64,000 nucleotides of DNA. It comes from Candidatus Brocadiia bacterium. Its GTDB lineage: Bacteria > Planctomycetota > Brocadiia > SM23-32. Location of the stretch: assembly GCA_046538485.1 (NCBI GenBank), contig JBKHIT010000022.1, positions 10,712-74,711 of the forward strand, in the 5' to 3' direction. Positions 19,966 through 29,324 of this stretch are shown in pieces. Position 1 is the stretch's first letter. Every line of letters begins with the position of its first letter. The notes beneath the pieces are model-generated. The model was given only the letters and a program-made list of their open reading frames with translations. It made no database searches and had not been told where the DNA came from. A program made the translations under genes and the position numbers.

Positions 19966-21628
19966 TGTAAGAAACTTACGGGTTGCCTACGACCGAACAA
20001 CCATTCTGCGGGATATCAATCTGCACGTTTCCCCGGGAGAAACCCTCGCCGTCGTGGGTGAATCCGGGACGGGCAAGACCACGCTGGGCATGAGTCTTAT
20101 GGGACTGCTGAAGGAGCGTTCCGATAACGTCAGCGTGGAAGGCGAAATCCTTCTTGACGGCATGGATATCACCGAACTCTCCCCTGAAAAATTGCGCGGT
20201 ATCCGGTGGACAGAGATCTCCATGGTCTTCCAGAACACCGATGACGCACTCAATCCCGTCCAAAACGTGCTGGTTCAGGTTCGCGAACCGCTCCTGGAAC
20301 ACGGCATCTGCCAGGGCAAAGAAGCCGATGAACGCGCACGAAACATGCTCGAAAGAACGGGACTGCCAGTCGATCGTTTCGACGCCTACCCCCATCAGCT
20401 CAGCACGGGTGAGAAACAACGTGCCCTGATCGCCATGGCGATGGTTTGCGACCCGGAAGTAATCGTTCTGGACGAACCGACGTCCTCACTCGATGCCGTG
20501 TCCAAGAAAGCCGTAAATCAAATCGTGGCCGAGTTATGCCGGGATAAAGTCTCGTTGGTCATCACGCACGATCTGGGCGCAGCGGCCAGCCTGGCCGACC
20601 GCGTGGCCGTCCTTTGCGGAGGACGCATCGTCGAGGTTGCCGAGACAGAAAACGTTTTCAGCGACCCACGCCATCCATACTCTCGCGGTCTTATCCGTTG
20701 CTATCCGGATATGGACCGCAGCAAAGACCTCCAGGGCATACGCGGGCGCTCCCGCTTCATCGAACGCGGTTGCCCTTTCTTCGGACGTTGCACCCAGGCG
20801 ATCGATGTCTGTGGAAAGCAAACCCCGCCGCTCAAGGAAGTCGACGGAAGACTCCTCGCCTGCCACCGGGGAGGTGTGGTCCCATTCCTCACCGTAAAGG
20901 ATCTCTCGAAATCGTACGGGGGAAAACTTATTCTCGATGGCATCAACCTGACGGTGTTCGAGGGAGAAACGCTGGCGCTGGTTGGCGAAAGCGGTTCGGG
21001 GAAAACGACGCTGGCCCGGTGTGTGGTCGGATTGCTGGAGGCCGACAGAGGAGAACTGGAACTCGAAGAGAAAAAAATCCAGAACAGAGATCGCGCCTTC
21101 CATCAGCGGGTGCAGTTGATATTCCAGAACCCCCGAGAAGCCATATCGCATCGGATGAATGTCCTCGAGGCGGTCCGCGAACCGCTGGATGTGCAGAAAA
21201 CAGGTTCGCCGGGGGAGCGAAAACTCAAAGTCAAAGCCGCCCTGCGCGATGCGGAACTGCCCGACGACGAAGATTTCCTGCATCGGTATCCCCATCACCT
21301 GAGCGGCGGCGAGATCCAGCGGGTTGTCATCGCCCGAGCCCTGGTGCTCGAACCAGAGGTGCTGATCGCCGATGAACCGACATCTTTCCTTGACGCCAGT
21401 GTTCAGGCAAAAATCATTAAACTGCTTAACAATCTTCAGGAAGAGCGGGGCTTGAGCATGCTGTTCATAACCCATGACATTGCTCTGGCGCGAAAATCGA
21501 GCGATCGGATAGCGGTATTGAGCGAAGGTCAAATCGTCGAAACCGGTCCCACCGGCCGCGTGCTGTCGCGCCCGTCGCATCCCTATACCCGCACCCTCGC
21601 AGACTCAGCATCCCACCTGTCGGGGTAG
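19958..21628 (+). CDS. ABC transporter ATP-binding protein with two fused NBDs (DppD-DppF-like)
   Basis: Two Walker A motifs (GESGTGKT, GESGSGKT) and two DEPT motifs. Start moved to ATG 19958, overlapping the upstream stop. Confidence 0.93.
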   Translation: MLDVRNLRVAYDRTTILRDINLHVSPGETLAVVGESGTGKTTLGMSLMGLLKERSDNVSVEGEILLDGMDITELSPEKLRGIRWTEISMVFQNTDDALNPVQNVLVQVREPLLEHGICQGKEADERARNMLERTGLPVDRFDAYPHQLSTGEKQRALIAMAMVCDPEVIVLDEPTSSLDAVSKKAVNQIVAELCRDKVSLVITHDLGAAASLADRVAVLCGGRIVEVAETENVFSDPRHPYSRGLIRCYPDMDRSKDLQGIRGRSRFIERGCPFFGRCTQAIDVCGKQTPPLKEVDGRLLACHRGGVVPFLTVKDLSKSYGGKLILDGINLTVFEGETLALVGESGSGKTTLARCVVGLLEADRGELELEEKKIQNRDRAFHQRVQLIFQNPREAISHRMNVLEAVREPLDVQKTGSPGERKLKVKAALRDAELPDDEDFLHRYPHHLSGGEIQRVVIARALVLEPEVLIADEPTSFLDASVQAKIIKLLNNLQEERGLSMLFITHDIALARKSSDRIAVLSEGQIVETGPTGRVLSRPSHPYTRTLADSASHLSG

Positions 21629-21789
21629 CCTGCCCATTGGCATCCGGGGACAGGACAAAATGAAATCCATTGGAGTGGAGGAAGGAGAAAAGGCGGGAAA
21701 CCTCCAGGAAATGATGGGCTGAAGTTTATGCGCCTCGGACGCATTCCATCACAAAACGACGGAAGACAACGGCAAAAGACAACGGCACA

Positions 21790-22150
21790 GCGGCGAAAAA
21801 TCGCCGCACTCCAGAGCCGGCTGGCGCCGGCGGGGTTCATACACGACCCGGTGCTGATACGATTGTGCGGCGCGGAGCATATTCCGTTGCGGAAAAAACG
21901 ACAACGATCCGGGTCTGACGACCCGGTCCACAGGCTGGAGAGTCTGTGCTACATGCGTTTGTGGCTCACCGGAAGGCTACACAGGCACTCGCCGCATGGC
22001 GCATTGCAAAGACAAGACTGCCTGAAAGGCGGTTCTGAGGGCCAACGGCCCGGCAGATAACAGCCCAGGGTACAGAGGGCTGAAAGTCCTCGGCGCCCTG
22101 GGGTCCGAGTATGCGCGAAGAAATGGTGGGCTGAAGGTCCACCACAGATC
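21790..22150. repeat. Cluster of different REP-like hairpins
   Basis: GCGGCGA-AAAA-TCGCCGC-ACTCCA (21790-21813), CCGGGTC-TGAC-GACCCGG (21909-21926), CACAG...CTGTGCTAC (21929-21952), and AGCCCAGGG...GCCCTGGG with CTGAAAG motifs (about 22020-22140). Confidence 0.55.
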
Positions 22151-22622
22151 TGGCTCCAGGATGCATCCAACCTTTCCGGAGACAGGATACTTCCAGAAAT
22201 ATCCCCGGCCTCACATATCCGGGACGCAACGTCGATGGAGGGCAACCGATCTCATTTTGCGAAGATGAAATCGGTAGAGCAGAAGAAAGGAGAGAGTGGA
22301 GAGGCGATACAGCAAAAACAGAAACTTCCACAAAACAAAATGCTCAATAAAACGCTCTCTCCTGCGGTCCCCTTTCTACATTCTCCTTTCACGTCCAGAG
22401 AATCGCCGAGCGCGCCCCGCCGTTCTGCCCAATACACAAACCGGCTATCACAAACCGCTAACCCGCATATTTCAAGCCCCCTCAGCGCCGGATATGCGCG
22501 GAGGGCAAAGGCGGGTGTATTCGTATACCCCAACTGCAGCCTGACAAAGGATTACTTACTGCCTCAAAAAAGCGAAAAGGGGTGAGACTTGTTTCAGCCG
22601 GTTAAAATAAGTTGCAAAATAT

Positions 22623-22651
22623 TTGCCGGCCGTTGGTCGGTATGGTAACAT
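22623..22651 (+). promoter_or_regulatory. Possible sigma70 promoter
   Basis: TTGCCG-17 bp-TAACAT with a TG extension, upstream of the prepilin-like gene. Confidence 0.3.
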
Positions 22652-22712
22652 TTATTATACAGGAGGTAGCAGAAACAGGCGTAGCAACCGCCCCGACAAA
22701 AAAGGAGAGCGC

Positions 22713-23507
22713 ATGCTATGGACCACCTCAAAAGCGGGCACTATGGCGAGGGGAAAGGGCTCGGGCGATTTCGCCTGTGTAAGAAAACCGATGCGGCACA
22801 GCGGAAGGGCTTTCACTTTGATAGAACTGCTGGTTGTGGTCGCCATCATCGCGATCCTTGCAGCCATGCTCATGCCGGCACTTGAATCAGCTCGAGAAGC
22901 CGCGCGGGTTACGACCTGCGTGGGCCAACAGCGACAGGTTCTTCTTTCCGCCCACATATATATGGACGATTATGATGGCAACGTGCCCACACCCACTCCC
23001 GACAGGCATGATCCCAGTAGCCATGTGCTGAACAATAACAACTGGGTGTATGCCGGGTTGCTCTGGCAAGGGGGGTATTTGGGAACGACGGCTGTTCTCT
23101 GGTGCCCGTCAATGAAAATGAAGTTGCGGAAAGAAAAATTTTGGACCCGAAACCGGGATTTTTGTCTGACGGGAGAAGTGGCTAACGACACGCACTGGGG
23201 AAGTTACGCCTGGGCATATCAAACAAAAAGCGACGGTGAGCCCTATTATTACTCGCCCGGGCTTCACCGTCTTGATTGGGCGAAAAACAGTAAGACAGGT
23301 TTTTTCCTGGGAGAATATCATTACACGCGTTTGAAGTATGATTATCATACTTACCTGCACGGAGGGTGGATGGGATATGGAGAAGATTTCAAGGCGAATA
23401 TGGGCTATATGGACGGCAGCGTCTCCACAACGAGTAATGACCCGCATGTCATGAACTGGCGGCTCCATAATGATTTTTGGAGATACTGGCGCAATAATCG
23501 ACCGTAG
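22713..23507 (+). CDS. Prepilin-type N-terminal cleavage/methylation protein (H-X9-DG-like C-terminus)
   Basis: [40 protein letters not shown]...[18 protein letters not shown] before ATG 22713; the exact start is uncertain. Confidence 0.88.
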   Translation: MLWTTSKAGTMARGKGSGDFACVRKPMRHSGRAFTLIELLVVVAIIAILAAMLMPALESAREAARVTTCVGQQRQVLLSAHIYMDDYDGNVPTPTPDRHDPSSHVLNNNNWVYAGLLWQGGYLGTTAVLWCPSMKMKLRKEKFWTRNRDFCLTGEVANDTHWGSYAWAYQTKSDGEPYYYSPGLHRLDWAKNSKTGFFLGEYHYTRLKYDYHTYLHGGWMGYGEDFKANMGYMDGSVSTTSNDPHVMNWRLHNDFWRYWRNNRP

Positions 23508-23607
23508 GGGACGAACACCGTTGTTCTGGAATGCTGCGCCCTGGCACCCCCTTTTTTTACCGCCCGCCGTCGCTGCCCTCTGGCCGTCCCTGTTCTCCAT
23601 CGTTTCG

Positions 23608-23635
23608 GGTCCGACCCCGTAGACCCCGATACCCC
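23608..23635 (-). repeat. Isolated end motif of the element family at 51746-52238
   Basis: Reverse complement is GGGGTATCGGGGTCTACGGGGTCGGACC, compared with GGGCTATCGGGGT...CGGGGTCGGACC at 51749-51784. Confidence 0.55.
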
Positions 23636-23732
23636 TGCAGCTTTCACCCGGGGCCTGAAAAGATAGCAGCTTCGGCCGCTGTAAACAAAAAACCTACAAA
23701 CTGTCCCCGGAATAATATACGGGCGCAGGGAT

Positions 23733-24641
23733 TTACCGAAAGAAGGTTAGCAGCATTGTAATCGTCACAACACTGACCAGAGTGGTCCAGAAGACAAACT
23801 GGGAAGCGAGGTCCTGGTTCTGTCGGTATTTCGCTGAAAGGATATAGACGTTAACCGCGACCGGTAGCCCTGCCACTACGATGAGGAAGGAGGTCACAGT
23901 GCCCGAAAATCCCATCAGAAGCGCCAGCCCGGCGGCCAGGAGCGGTGACAGGACCAGCCGTACTCCGCTGATCGCGGACAGTTCGGGAAGATTGCTGGTG
24001 AGGCGGCAGCGCGATAGCTGCACCCCGAGAGTCAGCAGAGCCACCGGCACCAGCCCGTCCGCCAGGTAAGTCAGTGGTTCCGCGAGCTGCTCCGGCACAT
24101 TTACGCCCAGCCCCTGCATTGCGAGCGCCAGAGCGATCGCCGGAATCACGGGAATTCTGATCAATCGCCCCAGAGTCCGCCGACTGAGGTCGAGGTCCTT
24201 CTCCAGCAGCCCTACCCCTACCGTGAAGCACAGCAGATTCTGAACCATCAAAACCGCTGCGAGCTGTCCCATAAATTTCTCCCCGAACGCCAGAAGGGTC
24301 AGGGGGATACCGTAGTTGCCGGCGTTGTAGAACAGAGCCCCGAGGGTAAGCGTGGTGCGGGAGTCGCGGAATGGCGGAGCGGAGAAGATCAGGCGAGCCG
24401 CCCCGTAAAGCAGCGCAGCGTGGCCCAGAGTGAACAGCACGATCTTCCCCATCTGCCCCACCGCCAGGTCGGACTCGATTATTTTGACAAAAAGCAGTGC
24501 GGGGACGAACACATAGAAGTTCAGTGCCGAGAGGGTATCCTGATCCAGTTCCAGTTTCCGGTCCAGTACCATCCCAACCCCAATTATCAGGAAGATGGGG
24601 AATATAATATCTATCAGTATCTGCAGAACCTGCGCAATCAT
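23733..24641 (-). CDS. AEC (auxin efflux carrier) family transporter
   Basis: About 10 TM helices; FYVFVPALLF, NAGNYGIPL, PVALLTLG, RLVLSP, LPVAVN. Confidence 0.9.
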   Translation of the reverse strand: MIAQVLQILIDIIFPIFLIIGVGMVLDRKLELDQDTLSALNFYVFVPALLFVKIIESDLAVGQMGKIVLFTLGHAALLYGAARLIFSAPPFRDSRTTLTLGALFYNAGNYGIPLTLLAFGEKFMGQLAAVLMVQNLLCFTVGVGLLEKDLDLSRRTLGRLIRIPVIPAIALALAMQGLGVNVPEQLAEPLTYLADGLVPVALLTLGVQLSRCRLTSNLPELSAISGVRLVLSPLLAAGLALLMGFSGTVTSFLIVVAGLPVAVNVYILSAKYRQNQDLASQFVFWTTLVSVVTITMLLTFFR

Positions 24642-25705
24642 TAGTCCTCGGAGCTGGTTATTTTTTTGATTCGATCGAAGAAGCGCCGCTTCCGCTCGGT
24701 ATTGATACTCCAGTTCACGGGCACGGTTTGGAATCCGCTCAGGTCCTCGTAGCGCTCCTCACGGGGTCGCTCGTTCCATTTGTGGCTGCCGTTGCAGTCG
24801 CTGCCGTAGCCCTGGCTGAAGTAGCCCCAGGAAGCATACTCATCCACCGCCGCCGCCAGATTCTCCAGATGGATGCTGTCCTCGTTTATCACGATTGGCC
24901 GCGGCCGCTCCCTGAACTCGGGGGTATCTTTCAGGTTCCGGAGCATGGTCCGCAGTTCCTCGGGTGTGCATCCATTACCGTGTGGGAGCGAGAAGTCTTC
25001 GACGCTGCGCCGCTTCGCGTCCGGGATCACCCCGCCGGGTGTGCTTGAACTCGCGAGCAGCCGTCGTCCCTCCAGCGAGCGAGACTGAACGGTCTCGATC
25101 AGGTTATGGATACCGTCCGACTGGAAAATGGGCCGGTCCCATAACTCCCCCGCCTCGTTGGCCACATCGACCAGCACGTTTTCATGACCGCTTTCCAGCA
25201 GCCAGTCCGTGACCTTTTCAGTGATCTCATAGACCGTCGCCTCGTCCTGGATGCGGCGGCCATGCATGACGTAGAAGTAGTTTACTATCACCACCATGCC
25301 CGCCCGGTCCGAAGCTTCCAGGATCCGGGAGAGCCTGTCGAAGTACGGCTCCCTTAACTGTCCGTCCGGGGTATACGCGGAATTCTCGTATTTCTCGTAG
25401 ATTTCCGGAGTATAGATGGAGCCTCCCCCCTGCAACCCGACCGTGACCGCCAGAAGTCCGTACGACCGGTAGGTCGGGAGCTGTTCACAGAACTCGTTCG
25501 TATTCCGATCCGGATCCCACTCATCGGTGTCGGGATAACGCCAGAGGTGGCGTGTTTCGGCGCATTGGTCATCGAAAATAGCCTGAATCATGCGGGAGTT
25601 AAGCAGCAGGCCCTCAACGGGTCTTCCCCGGTCCCTTACTCCTTTGTAGGTGAGTCGGCCGTTGATCAGGAATTTCCGTCCCTCAATTGATACGCTGGTG
25701 TCGAT
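24641..25705 (-). CDS. Conserved hypothetical protein, glycoside-hydrolase-like TIM barrel; apparent ATC start
   Basis: The frame extends 38 codons upstream of ATG 25591 (IDTSVSIEGRKFLINGRLTYKG...EGLLLNSRM), with GAGGAG 8 nt before ATC 25705. Motifs VDVANE and VINED. Confidence 0.7.
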   Translation of the reverse strand: MDTSVSIEGRKFLINGRLTYKGVRDRGRPVEGLLLNSRMIQAIFDDQCAETRHLWRYPDTDEWDPDRNTNEFCEQLPTYRSYGLLAVTVGLQGGGSIYTPEIYEKYENSAYTPDGQLREPYFDRLSRILEASDRAGMVVIVNYFYVMHGRRIQDEATVYEITEKVTDWLLESGHENVLVDVANEAGELWDRPIFQSDGIHNLIETVQSRSLEGRRLLASSSTPGGVIPDAKRRSVEDFSLPHGNGCTPEELRTMLRNLKDTPEFRERPRPIVINEDSIHLENLAAAVDEYASWGYFSQGYGSDCNGSHKWNERPREERYEDLSGFQTVPVNWSINTERKRRFFDRIKKITSSED

Positions 25706-25779
25706 TGTAAGTTCTCCTCAGTATATCGATTCACCGTCCAGACCGTACGCTCCAGGTGAATTATGAATTATGTACCGTG

Positions 25780-25976
25780 GCGCCGGCAAATTACAAGCCC
25801 GGGTTCTCTCCATCGTCCCAGAGAGACCCGGGGTACGGGTGGTCCGCTGTGGGCCGTGGGGGGACGTCCCACCGCATCTTATTGCTCAAAAAGCGTTTGC
25901 GGGCCAAGGGGCCAGAGGGCTTACAAGCGGTTTTCACCCCCCAAAAAACGCGGCTAAAGCCCCTCTGAGAGGGGCA
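25780..25976. repeat. REP-like hairpin cluster
   Basis: CCCGGGTTCTCTC...GAGAGACCCGGG, GTGGGGGGACGTCCCAC and GCCCCTCTGAGAGGGGC palindromes. Confidence 0.45.
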
Positions 25977-26007
25977 TTGTTGTCGTATCCCGTTCGCTGG
26001 CGAGCAC

Positions 26008-26340
26008 TTGCTATGGTACGTCCCCCTTCTCCGCATCAATTACAATATGATCTCCTTTTGGGGATTCGCTCAGGAAGATTATACGCTGCCCTATGGCGGG
26101 CCGCCCAAACGGGTGATAACGGGAAATCATTCCATAGCTCCCCTCATGGGAGCAGTGGGTGGATATAGCGGGGACCGTTTAGGACAATATAACAACCTGG
26201 GTCCGGCGGTCTGGTTTCACTCCGGTGATACGGCGAACTGGTTGTTCGTTGACCAACACGTCGAAAAGGTGGGGAATTACGGGGAAGTCTCTCAAAAGGT
26301 CAGCAACGGCGAGATTGACATGCATCCGCCATACAATTGA
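26008..26340 (+). pseudogene. 3' remnant of a prepilin/H-X9-DG family gene
   Basis: Contains WFHSGDTANWLFVDQHVE, the same C-terminal motif as the two intact paralogues, but no FTLIELL N-terminus. Its 5' side abuts the REP-like cluster. Confidence 0.6.
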
Positions 26341-26410
26341 AGCTCTGCAGTCCAAGCTTTCGGTTCTCAACAAACTCAGAGCGGCCGTGAGATTGAGCCG
26401 TATTCGGTAT

Positions 26411-26435
26411 TGGTTTCTGGTTTCTGGTTTCTGGT
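26411..26435. repeat. Heptamer tandem repeat (TGGTTTC)x3
   Basis: TGGTTTCTGGTTTCTGGTTTCTGGT; a degenerate copy lies near 51623-51642. Confidence 0.7.
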
Positions 26436-26846
26436 GAACGAATTAACCGTCTTTAACCCATAAACGAGAATAGTTTTGTCGGCAAATCCATGAGAATCAA
26501 GATGAGAAAGCAACATCTTGTCAGCGTCAAGAATCTGTAACACCCGGAAAGTACCGGGTAATATTCCTACATCACAGTTGGCGTCCGTCACTTCTGGCAT
26601 ATCACCCTGGCGCCGACACTCCGATACAAACAAGGTGGTCTTTTTCCATTCAAAGCTCCCAGCAGGGACCTGCATAGTTTTGTTCAATGTCTCGCTTACG
26701 GAGTCTACCACCTTGCCGGATGAGAAAAAAAGATGATGCACCGCATACTTTGTTGGCTATAGTAGGTTGATCTCTCAAGCATACTTCCGTAGAATGATAT
26801 CAGTAGATTATGTCTGGACTACAATGCTTGTAAAAAGGGAGGAGAG

Positions 26847-26981
26847 ATGTCGAAGAAAGAGAGTGCCATCAGTAAAGCTAAAAAGGCGGCTGCTAAAAAG
26901 CTCGAGGGATTGGATCAAATAGCCGAAAAAGGAAAAGAAAAGTATCCCCCGCTGTTTTCCAAAAAACAGAAAACGGGCTAA
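26847..26981 (+). CDS. Small basic protein (44 aa) upstream of the dGTPase
   Basis: Below the ORF-track cutoff. AGGGAGGAG RBS, then MSKKESAISKAKKAAAKKLEGLDQIAEKGKEKYPPLFSKKQKTG*. Confidence 0.55.
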   Translation: MSKKESAISKAKKAAAKKLEGLDQIAEKGKEKYPPLFSKKQKTG

Positions 26982-27019
26982 CAATCCCCCGAGAATCGAG
27001 TTCTGCTTTTTGGGGACAA

Positions 27020-28444
27020 ATGGGTGTGGTGGATCTATACCAAAACGGTGACAGGAGCCGGGAACGGGCTGCCGCGCAAACGCATGAAGCGAGGACACCT
27101 TGGCGGAGGGATTATGCGCGGGTAATCCACTGTTCCTCTTTCCGGCGACTCCAAGGGAAAACGCAGCTTTTCCCAACACACGAATCAGATGTTTTTCGGA
27201 ACCGCTTGACGCACTCTTTGGAAGTAGCGCAGATAGCCAAAGGTATAGCGGGACGACTGAACAAACGTCATTGCTACTTCCGCGAGAACAATCTAAGCAT
27301 CGAACTCATTGAAACTGCGGCGCTGGCGCACGACCTAGGACATCCTCCTTTCGGCCATGATGGCGAACTTGCCTTGGATAGGGCTATGAAAGCGTTTGGG
27401 GGGTTTGAAAGTAACGCTCAAACTCTTAGAGTTTTATCAAAACTTGAGAAAAAAGCTACTTGCGAAACGGAGAACAGGCCGGCAGATTCTGTGGAAGTTC
27501 TAAAAGGGCAGGATAATAGGCTTGGTCTAAACCTGTGTTACAGGACATTGGCCTCGATCTTGAAATATGATACCAAGATAAGCCGAGACAGGTCAGACGC
27601 TAATCACCTGCAAAAAGGTTATTACGAGACTGAAGCTCACATTGTCAAGACTATCAAAAATCAGGTTCTGCAGGGGGAAAAAGCCAAACATTTCAAGACT
27701 GTTGAATGCAGCATAATGGATGTTGCGGACGACATCGCTTACTCTACATACGATCTTGAAGATGCTCTCAAAGGCGGGTTTCTGAACCCTTTGAGCATGC
27801 TTGCTGCTGACGACGAGATCCTCGATTATGTTGCTAACAATGTCGAAAAAAGGATCGGTGAAAGCTTTACCAAACAGGATGTGCAAGAGGTACTCTGGGC
27901 TGCATTCCGCGAACTATTTGAAGGTTACGAAAACATTGATAGCCCCAGCAAACTACAGAACATTGTAGCGCAAATCTACGAGGCGTCCTCAGCGTTATGT
28001 TCGAACGGATATTTCAGGACGGACTTTACTTCCGATCTGATTAAAACTTTCATGGACGGTGTGGAAGTGGATTTTTGCGAGGGGCATCCGTGCCTTTCCG
28101 CCCTACATTTGAAATCGAAAATAAAGAAACATGTCGAAGTGCTGAAGCATTTTGTATATAAATCCGTTGTGACTTCTCCACACCTTAATATCGCGGCCGA
28201 GAGAGCGCGAACAATAATACAACAGCTTTTCGAAGACTTGGCCGGTGAAGACTCGTTTGAACGATCCAAGCCTGGTGCATTCTTGCCAGCAGATTTCAAG
28301 CAAATGTTTGAGGCTCTCGAAGAGGATTTTCTAAAAAAGCGCGTTGTAGCAGATTTCATCGCGGGTATGACAGATCGATACGCAGTCGAGTTTTATGGAA
28401 GGCTGCATTCTGAGGATCCCGCAACGATTTTCCGACCTCTTTGA
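27020..28444 (+). CDS. dgt: Deoxyguanosinetriphosphate triphosphohydrolase (HD-domain dGTPase)
   Basis: RDYARVIH, FRRLQGKTQLF, RNRLTHSLEVAQIA, AHDLGHPPFGHDGE, FESNAQTLR, ADDIAYSTYDLED, DFIAGMTDRYA. Confidence 0.94.
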   Translation: MGVVDLYQNGDRSRERAAAQTHEARTPWRRDYARVIHCSSFRRLQGKTQLFPTHESDVFRNRLTHSLEVAQIAKGIAGRLNKRHCYFRENNLSIELIETAALAHDLGHPPFGHDGELALDRAMKAFGGFESNAQTLRVLSKLEKKATCETENRPADSVEVLKGQDNRLGLNLCYRTLASILKYDTKISRDRSDANHLQKGYYETEAHIVKTIKNQVLQGEKAKHFKTVECSIMDVADDIAYSTYDLEDALKGGFLNPLSMLAADDEILDYVANNVEKRIGESFTKQDVQEVLWAAFRELFEGYENIDSPSKLQNIVAQIYEASSALCSNGYFRTDFTSDLIKTFMDGVEVDFCEGHPCLSALHLKSKIKKHVEVLKHFVYKSVVTSPHLNIAAERARTIIQQLFEDLAGEDSFERSKPGAFLPADFKQMFEALEEDFLKKRVVADFIAGMTDRYAVEFYGRLHSEDPATIFRPL

Positions 28445-28572
28445 ACCGTCTGATAGCCCCATACAAGCTGCAACCGGGGAAGGGAGCTGACAATGAATGG
28501 TTACATGGCAAAAAAGCTGAAATGAAGGACGCAATTCGTCCTGGGCCAGCCTCGGGCGCTTTCAGAACAACA

Positions 28573-29235
28573 TCAAACCTCTTCATCCGCCCCGGACAGC
28601 CGAAACGACATTGCCACGAAACCAAATCCTTCGTCGATCCTGTCCACGACCGGAATTAATGACAGATCATCGTCGGGGCCCATGGGCAATGTGCTGGCGC
28701 CGCCTTCACAGCTGAAACCCACCGACTCCGCCAGCTCAATCGACTCCTCGCAACTGTAGAAACGCGTCACCGAATAAAATGGATTTCCTTTCCGCCCTTT
28801 CTGCTGGTAAAACTGACCCCACGAACTATCGGCCGGCACGATACCGATCACGAGTTGCCCTTCCGGTCTCACAACCCGCGCGATTTCTTTCAACGCCCGT
28901 TCCGGATCGTCGAGAAAACACAACGTCACCACAAGCAGCACGCCATCGAACGAATCAGGAAGATACGGCAATTCCTCGGCGACCGATTCATGCGTTCTGA
29001 TCCCGCGTTCGTGGGCTTTCTCAAGCATCGGCCCTGAAGGGTCGACGCCTTCCGGAATCCCGAGCGCATCGGCAAAACGTCCCGTTCCCACACCGATTTC
29101 GGTCCATCCGCTCAGATCCGAAGGCAGGACCCTCTTCAAACACTCCACCTCCGCGGGGAACACAGCCCGGCCTTTCTCGCTCTCAAACCAGGCGTCGTAT
29201 CGATCCGATTGATGATTGAACACTTCGTAAACCAT
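28573..29235 (-). CDS. Class I SAM-dependent methyltransferase
   Basis: YDAWF, EIGVGTGRF, AEELPY, VVTLCFLDDP. Start moved to ATG 29235. Confidence 0.88.
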   Translation of the reverse strand: MVYEVFNHQSDRYDAWFESEKGRAVFPAEVECLKRVLPSDLSGWTEIGVGTGRFADALGIPEGVDPSGPMLEKAHERGIRTHESVAEELPYLPDSFDGVLLVVTLCFLDDPERALKEIARVVRPEGQLVIGIVPADSSWGQFYQQKGRKGNPFYSVTRFYSCEESIELAESVGFSCEGGASTLPMGPDDDLSLIPVVDRIDEGFGFVAMSFRLSGADEEV

Positions 29236-29324
29236 TTGCGATGTCTTTCTCAGAGATAGACTTGACGGCAAAAACAGCAATGAAAGCGGCGCCGAGGTGC
29301 CGCAGCATGCTTTCTCTATGCAAT

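Noticed and set aside
23520-23560. Intrinsic terminator after the prepilin-like gene
   Set aside because: A T7 tract is present but no convincing adjacent stem.
26376-26741. 121-aa minus-strand ORF
   Set aside because: No RBS or recognisable motif, and its 3' end runs through the heptamer repeat; cannot be supported, though it could be a gene fragment.
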